DNA of 64,000 nucleotides from Candidatus Xenobia bacterium (GTDB taxonomy: Bacteria > Acidobacteriota > Terriglobia > Acidiferrales > 2-02-FULL-67-57), in NCBI GenBank assembly GCA_035573715.1, contig DATLZZ010000010.1, positions 215,355-279,354 of the forward strand, written 5' to 3'. Made by a program: the position numbers and the translations under genes. Under the pieces are notes generated by a model. That model was given only the letters and a program-made list of their open reading frames with translations, did no database searches and was not told the DNA's origin. Position 1 is the first letter of the stretch, and each line of letters begins with the position of its first letter. Below are positions 1 through 8,331 of this stretch, piece after piece.

Positions 1-109
1 TCCACCACCAGAATTTTCGGCTTATAACGCATGCGGCGTCCCCTCTCCCCCGGGCAGGCACGCCGATGATAGCATCCCCCCCTCGTCTGTCAACGCCAAG
101 CCTCTTCCC

Positions 110-230
110 TCCCATCGTTTGTCATCCCGAGCGGAGTCCAGCCCTTTCATCGAAAGGGCTGGGCGTAGTCGTCGAAGACCCTGTCGTAGACGCTGGGCGA
201 AGCCGAAGGGAGCCAAGTTGAAGGAAGGAA
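110..230. repeat. REP-like dispersed repeat copy (GTCATCCCGAGCGGAGTC - hairpin AGCCCTTTCATCGAAAGGGCT - GCGTAGTCGTCGAAGACC)
   Basis: Same architecture (CCGAGCGGAG, stem-loop, G(C/A)GTAGTCGAAGGG) recurs at 535-770, 4325-4378, 15985-16025 and in related form at 41500-41690 and 44340-44530. Confidence 0.6.
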
Positions 231-307
231 CCTGCTTTTTCTTCTATGCAGCACCGTTCCCTTGACCTCGGCTTCGGCTCTGCCTAGGATGCCTGCGGGT
301 TCGTTCG

Positions 308-502
308 ATGCCACAGCAGCCGAAGCCCAAGGCCGCCTGCCCCAAGTGCGGCAGCAGCCGTGTTCACCGGTCGCATCGCCGCGGCCTCTACGAGCGCGTC
401 CTGCTCCCGCTTGTTGGCCGCCGCCCCTACCGCTGCGCCGACTGCAGTCACCGCTTCTACGCCTCTCGCCACTCCCACCCCCACCACCACAAGGTCGGGT
501 AG
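308..502 (+). CDS. small zinc-ribbon protein (CPKCGS ... CADCSH, two CxxC pairs)
   Basis: 64-aa ORF with strong GC3 bias typical of coding in this genome. Two CxxC motifs about 30 aa apart and a His-rich C-terminus. Confidence 0.4.
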   Translation: MPQQPKPKAACPKCGSSRVHRSHRRGLYERVLLPLVGRRPYRCADCSHRFYASRHSHPHHHKVG

Positions 503-534
503 CGCAGGTTCCCGAGCGCAGCCCGACGTCAGTC

Positions 535-770
535 GGGCGAAGTCGAAGGGTACCTGCGGCCTTTGTCTGGGAAGGGCGGGGTTTCTCGGAGCGAAGCGGA
601 GACCCTGAGCGAGTCCCGATCCAATCGGGACGAGTCGAAGGGAACCCCGCCGAGAAGGATCGTTTGCGCGAAGCGCAACCTTGGAAGTCGGAGCCCGCCG
701 TCGCGGGCGGAGATCCCGCGCCTCTTGCGGGAGGGTTCGGGGAAACCCTTGCTGGGTTTCCCCGGGCCTT
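535..770. repeat. array of REP-like hairpin elements (GTCGAAGGG units, GAGTCCCGATCCAATCGGGAC hairpin, GGGGAAACCC..GGGTTTCCCC palindrome)
   Basis: Several short perfect palindromes and repeated GTCGAAGGG(A/T)ACC units in an intergenic stretch. Confidence 0.55.
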
Positions 771-2412
771 ACTCGATGGCGTTGACTCGCCTCAGAAACG
801 CACGCGCCGCTTGCAGCTCGGCGCGATCCGTGTCATACGCCGGGCACACATCCACCAGCTTGTCGTAATACTCGGCCGCTTTCCTCTGCTCCCCCGCCAG
901 CTCCGCGGCGCGCCCCGCGCCGTAGAGCGACCAGAAACGATTGGGCGACGCGCGCAGCGCCACCTCAAACGCCGTCAGCCCCTCCACCGGCCGCTTCAGC
1001 TCCAGCAGCATCTCCCCCAGCAGCTCCCGCGCCGGAACCACCGCGCCCGGCGTTACCGGATGCTTGTCGGTGCCGTCTTCGAGGTCGGCCGCGGCGCGCA
1101 TCATCGCCAGCGCCGCGTCCTTGTTTCCTTCCGCCAACGCCAACCACGCCGCCGCCGACCGCCGCTGCACTTCGACCTGCGCACCCCAGAGCTTGTCGTT
1201 CGCCGCCGCCAGTTCCTTCCCGCAGCCTTCGAGTTGAGCGATGGCCGCCCGCGCGGCGGCCGCATCGCCTGTGCGCGCCGCTCCCAACCCGCGCGCGAAA
1301 TAGAGCGTCGCCTCCGCCCAGCACGCCGCGCCGCCGGGGAAAACGCCCTCGGGCGCGGCCAGCCCCGCCGCCTCTTTCCACTGGCGCCGCTCCACCGCAT
1401 ACCGCGCCGGTATCGCCGCCGTGGCGTAGAGCCCGGCGAAGTAGCTCGGCGTCCCGCGGGCCACCCGTGGCATCCTTTCCAGGATTCTTTTCGCCTCGCC
1501 GTCCTGCGCACCCTGCAGGTAGGCGTAGGTCAGGTAGTCCATGGCGTGCAGCTCTTCCCCGATCCAGTTGTCCTTATGGGCCGCCGCGGCCGCCGCCAGG
1601 TTCGACGAGATGGACTCCGGCCAGAGCCCGCGCCGGGTAAAGATGTGCGACGGCATGTGCAGGGCGTGCGGCGCCGCCGGCGCAACCTTGGCGTAGACCC
1701 GCGCCGCCGCCAGCGCCTTCGCCGCCAGCGGCGGGTAGTCGTAGCTGTGGATGATGTAGTGCGCCACTCCGGGATGGTTCGGCTGCTCGGCGAAAATCGG
1801 TTCCAGTATCCCTCCGGCCTTCTGCTGCCGCTGGTAAGTTTTGTCCGCCGGCGAGGAGTACGCCGTCCCCAGCAGCGAAAGCGCGTAGAAGATCTTCGCC
1901 TCCGTGTCGTCGGCGTATTCCCGCTGCAGTCTGTCCATCGCCTTCTCGTACGCTTGCAGCCGGGTGAGGTGATCCACTTTGTCGGCGTTGCGATAGATTT
2001 CCGTCAGCGCGTTGACGTACGCGAGCTCCCGGTCGGTCTTGGCCGCCGCCCGCGCCTTCTCCAGCGCCGCCTGCCCGGCTTCGATGTCGGCCGGGCTCAG
2101 CTTCTCCCACAACGGATGGAACCGGCTCATCGCCACGCCCCAGTACGCCATCCCGCACGACGGATCTTTTTCCGCCACCGCCGCAAACGCTTTCTCCGCC
2201 GCCTGGTACCAGAACGAATGCAGCATCGCCACCGCCCGGCTGAAGTCTTCCTTCACCCCCGCCTGGCACGACGTTGCAAACACCACCCGCCCCAGCTTCT
2301 GCGCCTCCCGCGACTCGTCGTGGTGCTGGTGCTGCTCCTGCGCCCGCACCCCCGGCGCGCAAACCAACACAACTGAAACAACAGACCCTAGGAATGTCCT
2401 TTGAAGTTTCAT
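769..2412 (-). CDS. secreted TPR-repeat protein
   Basis: N-terminal signal peptide after internal Met (MKLQRTFLGSVVSVVLVCAPGVRAQ). Repeated Ala/Tyr/Leu-rich TPR-like helical repeats. Start moved to the Met at 2410-2412. Confidence 0.65.
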   Translation of the reverse strand: MKLQRTFLGSVVSVVLVCAPGVRAQEQHQHHDESREAQKLGRVVFATSCQAGVKEDFSRAVAMLHSFWYQAAEKAFAAVAEKDPSCGMAYWGVAMSRFHPLWEKLSPADIEAGQAALEKARAAAKTDRELAYVNALTEIYRNADKVDHLTRLQAYEKAMDRLQREYADDTEAKIFYALSLLGTAYSSPADKTYQRQQKAGGILEPIFAEQPNHPGVAHYIIHSYDYPPLAAKALAAARVYAKVAPAAPHALHMPSHIFTRRGLWPESISSNLAAAAAAHKDNWIGEELHAMDYLTYAYLQGAQDGEAKRILERMPRVARGTPSYFAGLYATAAIPARYAVERRQWKEAAGLAAPEGVFPGGAACWAEATLYFARGLGAARTGDAAAARAAIAQLEGCGKELAAANDKLWGAQVEVQRRSAAAWLALAEGNKDAALAMMRAAADLEDGTDKHPVTPGAVVPARELLGEMLLELKRPVEGLTAFEVALRASPNRFWSLYGAGRAAELAGEQRKAAEYYDKLVDVCPAYDTDRAELQAARAFLRRVNAIE

Positions 2413-2515
2413 CAGTGCCTCCGCCCAGCCGCCATTCTCGCACACCCGCTTCGCTTCGTGAACCCGCGACGCCCACTACCCCCCCCGAGCCCGGCGGCAC
2501 CTGCCGCCGGGAGAC

Positions 2516-4651
2516 TCACGTGGTCGCTGTACGTTTGAGAGGCGGCGCAGAGGGCAACGTCACCAACTGATGGTGGCCGAAGGTCAGCACATCGGTCGGG
2601 CAGACGTGGATGCAGATGCCGCACCCGACGCAGCTCGAGTTCCACATCCCGAAGCTCTCGCCCTTGACCGCGTGCCGCATCACGTCCACCCCCACTTCGC
2701 AGTAGCGCGTGCACAGGTTGCAGGTGATGCAGCGGTGCTTGTCGGCTGAAATCTGGAACTGGCTGCCTCTCGGCGCGCGCCGCAGCTTCCGCAGCCCCCA
2801 CTCAATCGCGTTCATCCACCCCACTACCGGGCACCAGTAGCGGCACCAGATTTTCCCGCCCATGAAGGCGTAGAGCGCCACCGGAATAATCGCGATGAGA
2901 AACAAATCCACCGTGTACTCGTAGACGCGGCTGAGAGTGATGCCGGCCAGCGCGAAGTCGCGCCCCGCCGCCCCCAGCACCGTCGCCACCGCCGCGAAGC
3001 CGGTGACGAAATAAATCTGCCGCTCCTTCCTCGTGTTCCCGACGCCTTTGGGCGAGTAGTGTCGCCACGAGTCGCCCAGTGTCTCGGCCAGCCCGCCGCA
3101 GCCGCACACCCAGGTGCAGTACTTCTTCCCGTGGAAGTAGACCGCCACCGGCACGGCGATGAACACCAGCCCCAGGCTCCACCACCACCAGAACGGGCTC
3201 GCCTGGAAGTGCGGCAGCGTCACCGGATTGAACACCAGCGGCCAGGGATAGAGCAGCCCCCACGCCCGCCAGTCCTTCACGATGAACAGCGGCACCAGGA
3301 AAAAGAAAACCGTCTGGAAGAAAATCAGTGATGCCAGGCGCAGCGTTTGCTGGCCGCCGTAGCTTTCAAGGACGCGCCAGCGCGCCTTCTTCCAGCGCCG
3401 GATGGTGCGCACGCCGAAGGCCGCCACAACGACCGTGTAGATGAGCGGGTAGAGCGAGCCCAGGTCCCACTCGTTGCCCGGCAGCCCCAGCCACGCGGGC
3501 GCCGGAACCATCACCACACCCGGCATGAACTTTTTCAGCAGATAGAACGCGCCCACCGCCACGATGCTCAGCAGGAACAGTCCGTAGCGCTTCCAATCCC
3601 AGTCGCGCTCGTAGGCGATGTGAATCTTGCGGAAGAAACCGATGGGCAGCTCGGTTTTGTCCACGCCCAGCAGCGCAAATACAAGATCGTTCTTCAGCCG
3701 CAACGCGGGCGCTTGCGGCGTTTCGACCACCACGGCGTCGCGCTCGACCTGCTTCACCCGCGCCCCAGGCAAGTGGTTTACGCGCGCGGCTCTGAGCGCT
3801 TCGACGGCTTCCGGCTCCGCCTCGTTCAAGTCCGCGGTCTGATGCGCCAGCGTGACGCGGTTGGTTGCGGCGAGCGTCGCCGCCGCTTCCAGCGCTTCGT
3901 TGGTTGAGCCTACGACCAGCACGTCGCGGTCGCGCACCTGCGCCGGATCGGGCCGCTCATAGAACACTTTGGGCTCGGCTTCGGCGCCGACCTCGAGCTT
4001 GAGCAGGTAGATGAGCTTGCCGATGCAGAGAATCACCCGGTCGCAAATGTAGCTGCCCTTGTCGGTGACCACCCGGAACCTGTCGGTCTTCTGAATGTCG
4101 GTGACGGTTTCGCCCGACCGGACGTTGAGCGAGCGTTGCTGGAGCTGCTCCTGCCAGAGGTCGAGCAGGTCGCCGGTGCGCACGGGCGCGCGGGCCGAGG
4201 GTTCCTGCCACCACAGCTCTCCGCGGACGTCCGGGTCACCCGTCGAGGCATAGAACAGCGGCTTCGACTTCGCCCACCCGTGCAGCGTCGCAAACAGCCT
4301 CTTCTTCTCCAGCAGCAAGTAGAAAGGGCTGTCCGCCCGAGCGGAGCGAGGGGCTTGCCCCGAGCGCAGTCGAGGGGTCTGCTTTTCAAACTCCAGCGCC
4401 GCGCTCACGCCCGCCGGCCCGCCGCCGATGATGATGACGTGTGCGTCGCACGGCGGCTTGCATTTCAGATCCTGCGAGAGGATATGCCGCGCCACTTCCG
4501 CCCCGGCGTTGATGGCCGCCTTGATGTCCGGCGTGCCCGTAACGTCGCCCGCCAGGTACAGCCCCGGAATGGACGACTGCCGGTTCCCATCCAAGACAGG
4601 AAACCGCGGCCCCATGTCCCAGACGCTGCCCGGCTTGTTGAACCAGCTCAT
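2516..4651 (-). CDS. FAD/NAD(P)-binding oxidoreductase fused to membrane polyferredoxin (NapH/MauN-like, 2x[4Fe-4S])
   Basis: GxGxxG dinucleotide motif (HVIIIGGGPAG) and a second Rossmann motif (VLVVGSTNEALEAA). Multiple TM helices. Two CxxCxxCxxxCP ferredoxin motifs at the C-terminus (CITCNLCTRYCE, CVGCGICIHVCP). Confidence 0.6.
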   Translation of the reverse strand: MSWFNKPGSVWDMGPRFPVLDGNRQSSIPGLYLAGDVTGTPDIKAAINAGAEVARHILSQDLKCKPPCDAHVIIIGGGPAGVSAALEFEKQTPRLRSGQAPRSARADSPFYLLLEKKRLFATLHGWAKSKPLFYASTGDPDVRGELWWQEPSARAPVRTGDLLDLWQEQLQQRSLNVRSGETVTDIQKTDRFRVVTDKGSYICDRVILCIGKLIYLLKLEVGAEAEPKVFYERPDPAQVRDRDVLVVGSTNEALEAAATLAATNRVTLAHQTADLNEAEPEAVEALRAARVNHLPGARVKQVERDAVVVETPQAPALRLKNDLVFALLGVDKTELPIGFFRKIHIAYERDWDWKRYGLFLLSIVAVGAFYLLKKFMPGVVMVPAPAWLGLPGNEWDLGSLYPLIYTVVVAAFGVRTIRRWKKARWRVLESYGGQQTLRLASLIFFQTVFFFLVPLFIVKDWRAWGLLYPWPLVFNPVTLPHFQASPFWWWWSLGLVFIAVPVAVYFHGKKYCTWVCGCGGLAETLGDSWRHYSPKGVGNTRKERQIYFVTGFAAVATVLGAAGRDFALAGITLSRVYEYTVDLFLIAIIPVALYAFMGGKIWCRYWCPVVGWMNAIEWGLRKLRRAPRGSQFQISADKHRCITCNLCTRYCEVGVDVMRHAVKGESFGMWNSSCVGCGICIHVCPTDVLTFGHHQLVTLPSAPPLKRTATT

Positions 4652-4910
4652 TGCCGCTCTACCCTACTTGAGATGGACTTCCCCTGCAAAAGATTCCGCG
4701 ACCAGGCGCACCACGCACGCCCCCTGATTGGTCGCCGAGCTTGTGCCTTCGTTTCAGTGTTCGAGAGAAAATAAGGAGGAGAGTGGAAATAAGACGGCGA
4801 CGAATCCCCCGGTGGGGATTGGGAGAGGATTCGTCGCCGCTACAGAACCCGGCAGGGTGTCCCGCCTAAAAATAGGACATATGAACCGCCGGGCAACCCG
4901 TTAGTTCTAG

Positions 4911-6425
4911 CTACGGCGTCGCCGCCGCGCAGGTGTTGAAGTCGAGCCGCGGGGCGTTCGCGGTCATGCCCGCCATCACCTCAATTGCCGCCGTGGTCTG
5001 AGTGTTGACGTTGCAGGTCACGGCCGGATCGAGGTCCGCCCTGACGAAGAAGTTCACCGGCGGCCCCGCCGGCGCCGTCGTACCCACCCGCGGATTGCTC
5101 GCCGGAACGAACAGCGTGTAGTTGCCGCAAATGGAGCCCATGGGGGCGTCCATCGGGCAGGTGTTCATTGCGTCGGTGGCTGCGGTCGAGTCGGATTCAA
5201 TCATCTCGTCCGGCAGCGAGAAGGTCGGCACGATGACCTTGGTGGCCCCGCCCGGGCCCGTCACTTCCTGCAACGCAGCGAGTTGGAAGGAGACCGGCGA
5301 GAGCGTATTGGGCGACGTGGTCAGCACGCCGTCGATCTGCGCCGGCGTGCTCGGGTCGGCTTCCTTGATGAGCCCGATGTCGCCGATGGCCGTGCCCGGC
5401 ATCACGCCGAAGATGACTGTGGCGTTGTAGGTTGCAGTCACCCCCGCATTCATGCTGGTGTCGGGGACGATTGCCGTCGCCACAATCGTGAACCCGCCCG
5501 TGGGCACCGGCTGTGGCACCGGGCAGATGGTGAAGTTTCCGCTGGCGTCGGTCATGATGGTTTCAATGATCTTCGGGTTCATAGGGTCGCTGGTGTCCTC
5601 GAGGAACACCTGAACAACCGCGCCCGAAGGCAGCGGCCCCGTCGCGCCCGTCATCGGGTCGGTGACTTCCACCACTTTTCCGGTGAGCGTGTCTGAGGTA
5701 GTGACTTCGCCGGCGCGCAGCGTCGGCTTCAGGCGGAACTGGCCATTGCCCTGCTCCACGATCGAAAGGCAGGCGTTGAACATGATGTTGATGTCCGCCG
5801 TCTGATCGGCTTCCAGCATCAGTCCCCCGCCGGCAATCTGCCCGGGCGGAATCTTGATGCCGGTGTTGGCCTGGCTCGAGAGCTTCAGCTCCTTCTTGGG
5901 CCCGTTGTCGTCGTCCAACTGGACGCAGTTGAACACGTTGGTCAGCGGCGAGCAGTTGTTGGGACTGGGAACGGGGTTGCTGCCCGGCGCGCTGTTGGCC
6001 ATCAGGTGAATCCGAATCTGCTGGTACTTGCCGGCCGGCAACGACGCCACCGAGCCCAGCGTGGAGAGAATGCACTCGGTGCTGCTGCCGCCCAGCAGGT
6101 CAATCTGCTTGGGCGCGCTGGTCAGATCCACCAGGTCAACCCAGCCCGTTGCGCTGCCGTCGGCCGTGCTGGACAGGTGGGCGCGCACCTTGGTGACCGT
6201 CACCCAGACGTGCGCGAACTGCCCGGCGGGCGGCTCGCAGATGGGCGGGTCGCTGATGGTCGTGGTGACGGTGCGGGTGAAGTTGCTCCCGCCGCCCCCG
6301 CTGGTGGTCGTCGAGTCCATCCCGCCCCCGCCGCAGCTCACCAGAATCACCGACCCCACCACGGCTAGCACCAGGAGAAAAACAACTGGGATGAAGACTG
6401 GCTTGTTTAAGGGATTGCCCTTCAC
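4911..6425 (-). CDS. lipoprotein, beta-rich Thr/Gly-rich secreted protein
   Basis: Signal peptide with lipobox LVSCGGGG. No recognisable catalytic motifs. Confidence 0.55.
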   Translation of the reverse strand: MKGNPLNKPVFIPVVFLLVLAVVGSVILVSCGGGGMDSTTTSGGGGSNFTRTVTTTISDPPICEPPAGQFAHVWVTVTKVRAHLSSTADGSATGWVDLVDLTSAPKQIDLLGGSSTECILSTLGSVASLPAGKYQQIRIHLMANSAPGSNPVPSPNNCSPLTNVFNCVQLDDDNGPKKELKLSSQANTGIKIPPGQIAGGGLMLEADQTADINIMFNACLSIVEQGNGQFRLKPTLRAGEVTTSDTLTGKVVEVTDPMTGATGPLPSGAVVQVFLEDTSDPMNPKIIETIMTDASGNFTICPVPQPVPTGGFTIVATAIVPDTSMNAGVTATYNATVIFGVMPGTAIGDIGLIKEADPSTPAQIDGVLTTSPNTLSPVSFQLAALQEVTGPGGATKVIVPTFSLPDEMIESDSTAATDAMNTCPMDAPMGSICGNYTLFVPASNPRVGTTAPAGPPVNFFVRADLDPAVTCNVNTQTTAAIEVMAGMTANAPRLDFNTCAAATP

Positions 6426-6497
6426 GAGACACCTCCTGCTCTGAGTGATAGCCCCCCGGAAAATCCAGTCGGCACCTTTCGACCGGTGCCGCTCATT

Positions 6498-7139
6498 CTA
6501 CCTGTTCCTCGGTTCAAAGGCCAGCGGACGGTCGAGCTCCAACTCGATGCGCGTCTTCTTTTGCAGCACCAGCGGTTTGCTGCCGCTGCTGAGCGCGCCG
6601 ACCAGCGCTCCCGCGCCAGCGCCGACACCCGCGCCGATGGCCGCCTCTTTTCCTCCGCCGGCGACCGCGCCAATAGCGGCGCCCGTGCCCGCGCCTACCC
6701 CGGCGCCGATGGCGGCGTTGCGCCCGCGGTTGCTGCCTTCAGCGCGGATCTCGCCTTCGTTGCTCACCTTCCTCTTCACGTTCTTCTCGCCGACCACGCC
6801 GACCACGGTGGCCACGATGGGCACTTTGTCCTTGCCGGTATCAATCGTTTCAAAGCGCAGCAGGAGGCGGCTCTTCTCGACGTGGGTCACACGCCCCTTG
6901 AGTTTGGCGCCGGCCTTGAGGTAGGCGCCGTTGCTGGCGTGGAGAGGCTCAATCGTGCGCGCTCCGAACTTCTTGCCCACTTTTGCTTTGCGCGCGTCGA
7001 GCTTGTCCTTCAGCTCCACCAGGAAGCGCGTGCCCGCCGGCACTTCCGTCAGCGACTCGTGCCCGGCGCGTACCGGCGCTGCCAGCAGGCTGAGGACGGC
7101 TACAAGTGCGGCGGCCAGCGTTCTCTTTGTCGTTCGCAT
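6498..7139 (-). CDS. secreted glycine-zipper protein (paralog 1 of 3)
   Basis: Signal peptide, beta-rich N-domain, AIGAGVGAGTGAAIGAVAGGG glycine-zipper segment. Paralogous to 11648-12256 and 28264-30177. Confidence 0.6.
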   Translation of the reverse strand: MRTTKRTLAAALVAVLSLLAAPVRAGHESLTEVPAGTRFLVELKDKLDARKAKVGKKFGARTIEPLHASNGAYLKAGAKLKGRVTHVEKSRLLLRFETIDTGKDKVPIVATVVGVVGEKNVKRKVSNEGEIRAEGSNRGRNAAIGAGVGAGTGAAIGAVAGGGKEAAIGAGVGAGAGALVGALSSGSKPLVLQKKTRIELELDRPLAFEPRNR

Positions 7140-7227
7140 GAGAACCTCCCTTCGGCCTCTGACTTCCGGCGTCCCGACTCGAGTCGGGACGCCGGAGTCA
7201 GACTTGGCTCACGAAAGTCCGGCCGGG

Positions 7228-8040
7228 TTACTGCTGCGGGCGCGCCCAGGCCAGTTGCTTGGGCGCCGCCACGTAACCGGCCACGCGGTTCTTGCTCACT
7301 TCGAACACCACCAGCTCGACCAACGCCCCCTTCTCGCCCGGATAGAACTGGACCGGCTCAAAGATGGTTTTGTCCTTCTTCTCGACGGCCTTGTCATTCA
7401 GGAGGACCACCATTGTGAACTTCTGGCGCTTGGGGTCGACCTTGGTGACCTTGATGGACATCTCGCCGACGCGCGAGAACTGCTTGGACTTGGCGAGGTC
7501 GAACTCGAAGTAGTCCCGCTCGCCGCGCCGCTTGAGCTCGGCCAGGTCCTCACGGGTGGTGGCGATGAGCCCGCTCTGCACGCCGAGGTCGCCCACCGCA
7601 CTTTGCAGCGTCCCTTTGACGCTTTCCAGGTCGCTGGAGACCGTGCTCAGGCTCGTCTGCTGCTGCTGGAGCTGCTCGGCCAACTGGGCGTCGGCCTTCT
7701 GCTGCTCCTCGCGCAGCTTGCGGGCCTGGGCGCGGGCCGCTTCGAGCTGCTTCTGGGTGATGCCAACCTTGTCGGCCGTGGCGCTGATTTCGGCGCGCAC
7801 GTCGCCAAGGTTCCCCTCGAGCTGGTCGGCGCGCGCTTCCACGCTGCTCAACTGCTGATGCAGGCTCTCGCCTTGCGCCGCCAGCTCCTGGCGGAGCTGC
7901 GACTGCCCGTAGGCCACCCACACCAGTAGACCGGTCAGAACGAGCGACCAGACAAACAGAATGACCGTGGCTCGAGATGGACTTAAGGAAGAAAAAGAAG
8001 AACTGCTAGCCGGGACACTCTCCCGATTGCTCTCTGTCAT
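7228..8040 (-). CDS. membrane-anchored coiled-coil protein
   Basis: N-terminal TM helix (ILFVWSLVLTGLLVWVAY), long Gln/Ala/Glu-rich coiled coil, C-terminal beta-rich domain. Confidence 0.5.
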   Translation of the reverse strand: MTESNRESVPASSSSFSSLSPSRATVILFVWSLVLTGLLVWVAYGQSQLRQELAAQGESLHQQLSSVEARADQLEGNLGDVRAEISATADKVGITQKQLEAARAQARKLREEQQKADAQLAEQLQQQQTSLSTVSSDLESVKGTLQSAVGDLGVQSGLIATTREDLAELKRRGERDYFEFDLAKSKQFSRVGEMSIKVTKVDPKRQKFTMVVLLNDKAVEKKDKTIFEPVQFYPGEKGALVELVVFEVSKNRVAGYVAAPKQLAWARPQQ

Positions 8041-8164
8041 GCTTCACCTCCGCTATGAATGTATGAACGATATAAAGCCGCTTCATAACCCCTTCTCGAT
8101 GCCGGCCGCGGCGCGCGGGTTGCCAGCCGATTATGAACTTTGGGAGATTGAAACCAGAAGTACG

Positions 8165-8212
8165 GGCCCCGCCGGAGCGAACTGAGCCTGCCTGGGACCT
8201 GAGTTCGCTCCG
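8165..8212 (-). terminator. hairpin downstream of the MBL-PilZ gene (CCGGAGCGAACTGAG..CTGAGTTCGCTCCGG)
   Basis: 13-15 bp inverted repeat located 3' of the gene that ends at 8332. Confidence 0.35.
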
Positions 8213-8331
8213 GCTGACGGGCCCGTTGCCCTTGCGCTCTGGATTGGGGAGGGCAACCCAAGAAGCCCTGCCATTGCCAAATCCTTCCCCGGCCCGCAGG
8301 AGGCGAACAGCCAACGCCACGGCCACTGGTT

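Noticed and set aside
262-2376. 704-aa plus-strand ORF
   Set aside because: Antisense to the TPR gene. Arg/Pro-rich low-complexity translation typical of the wrong strand in high-GC DNA. No motifs.
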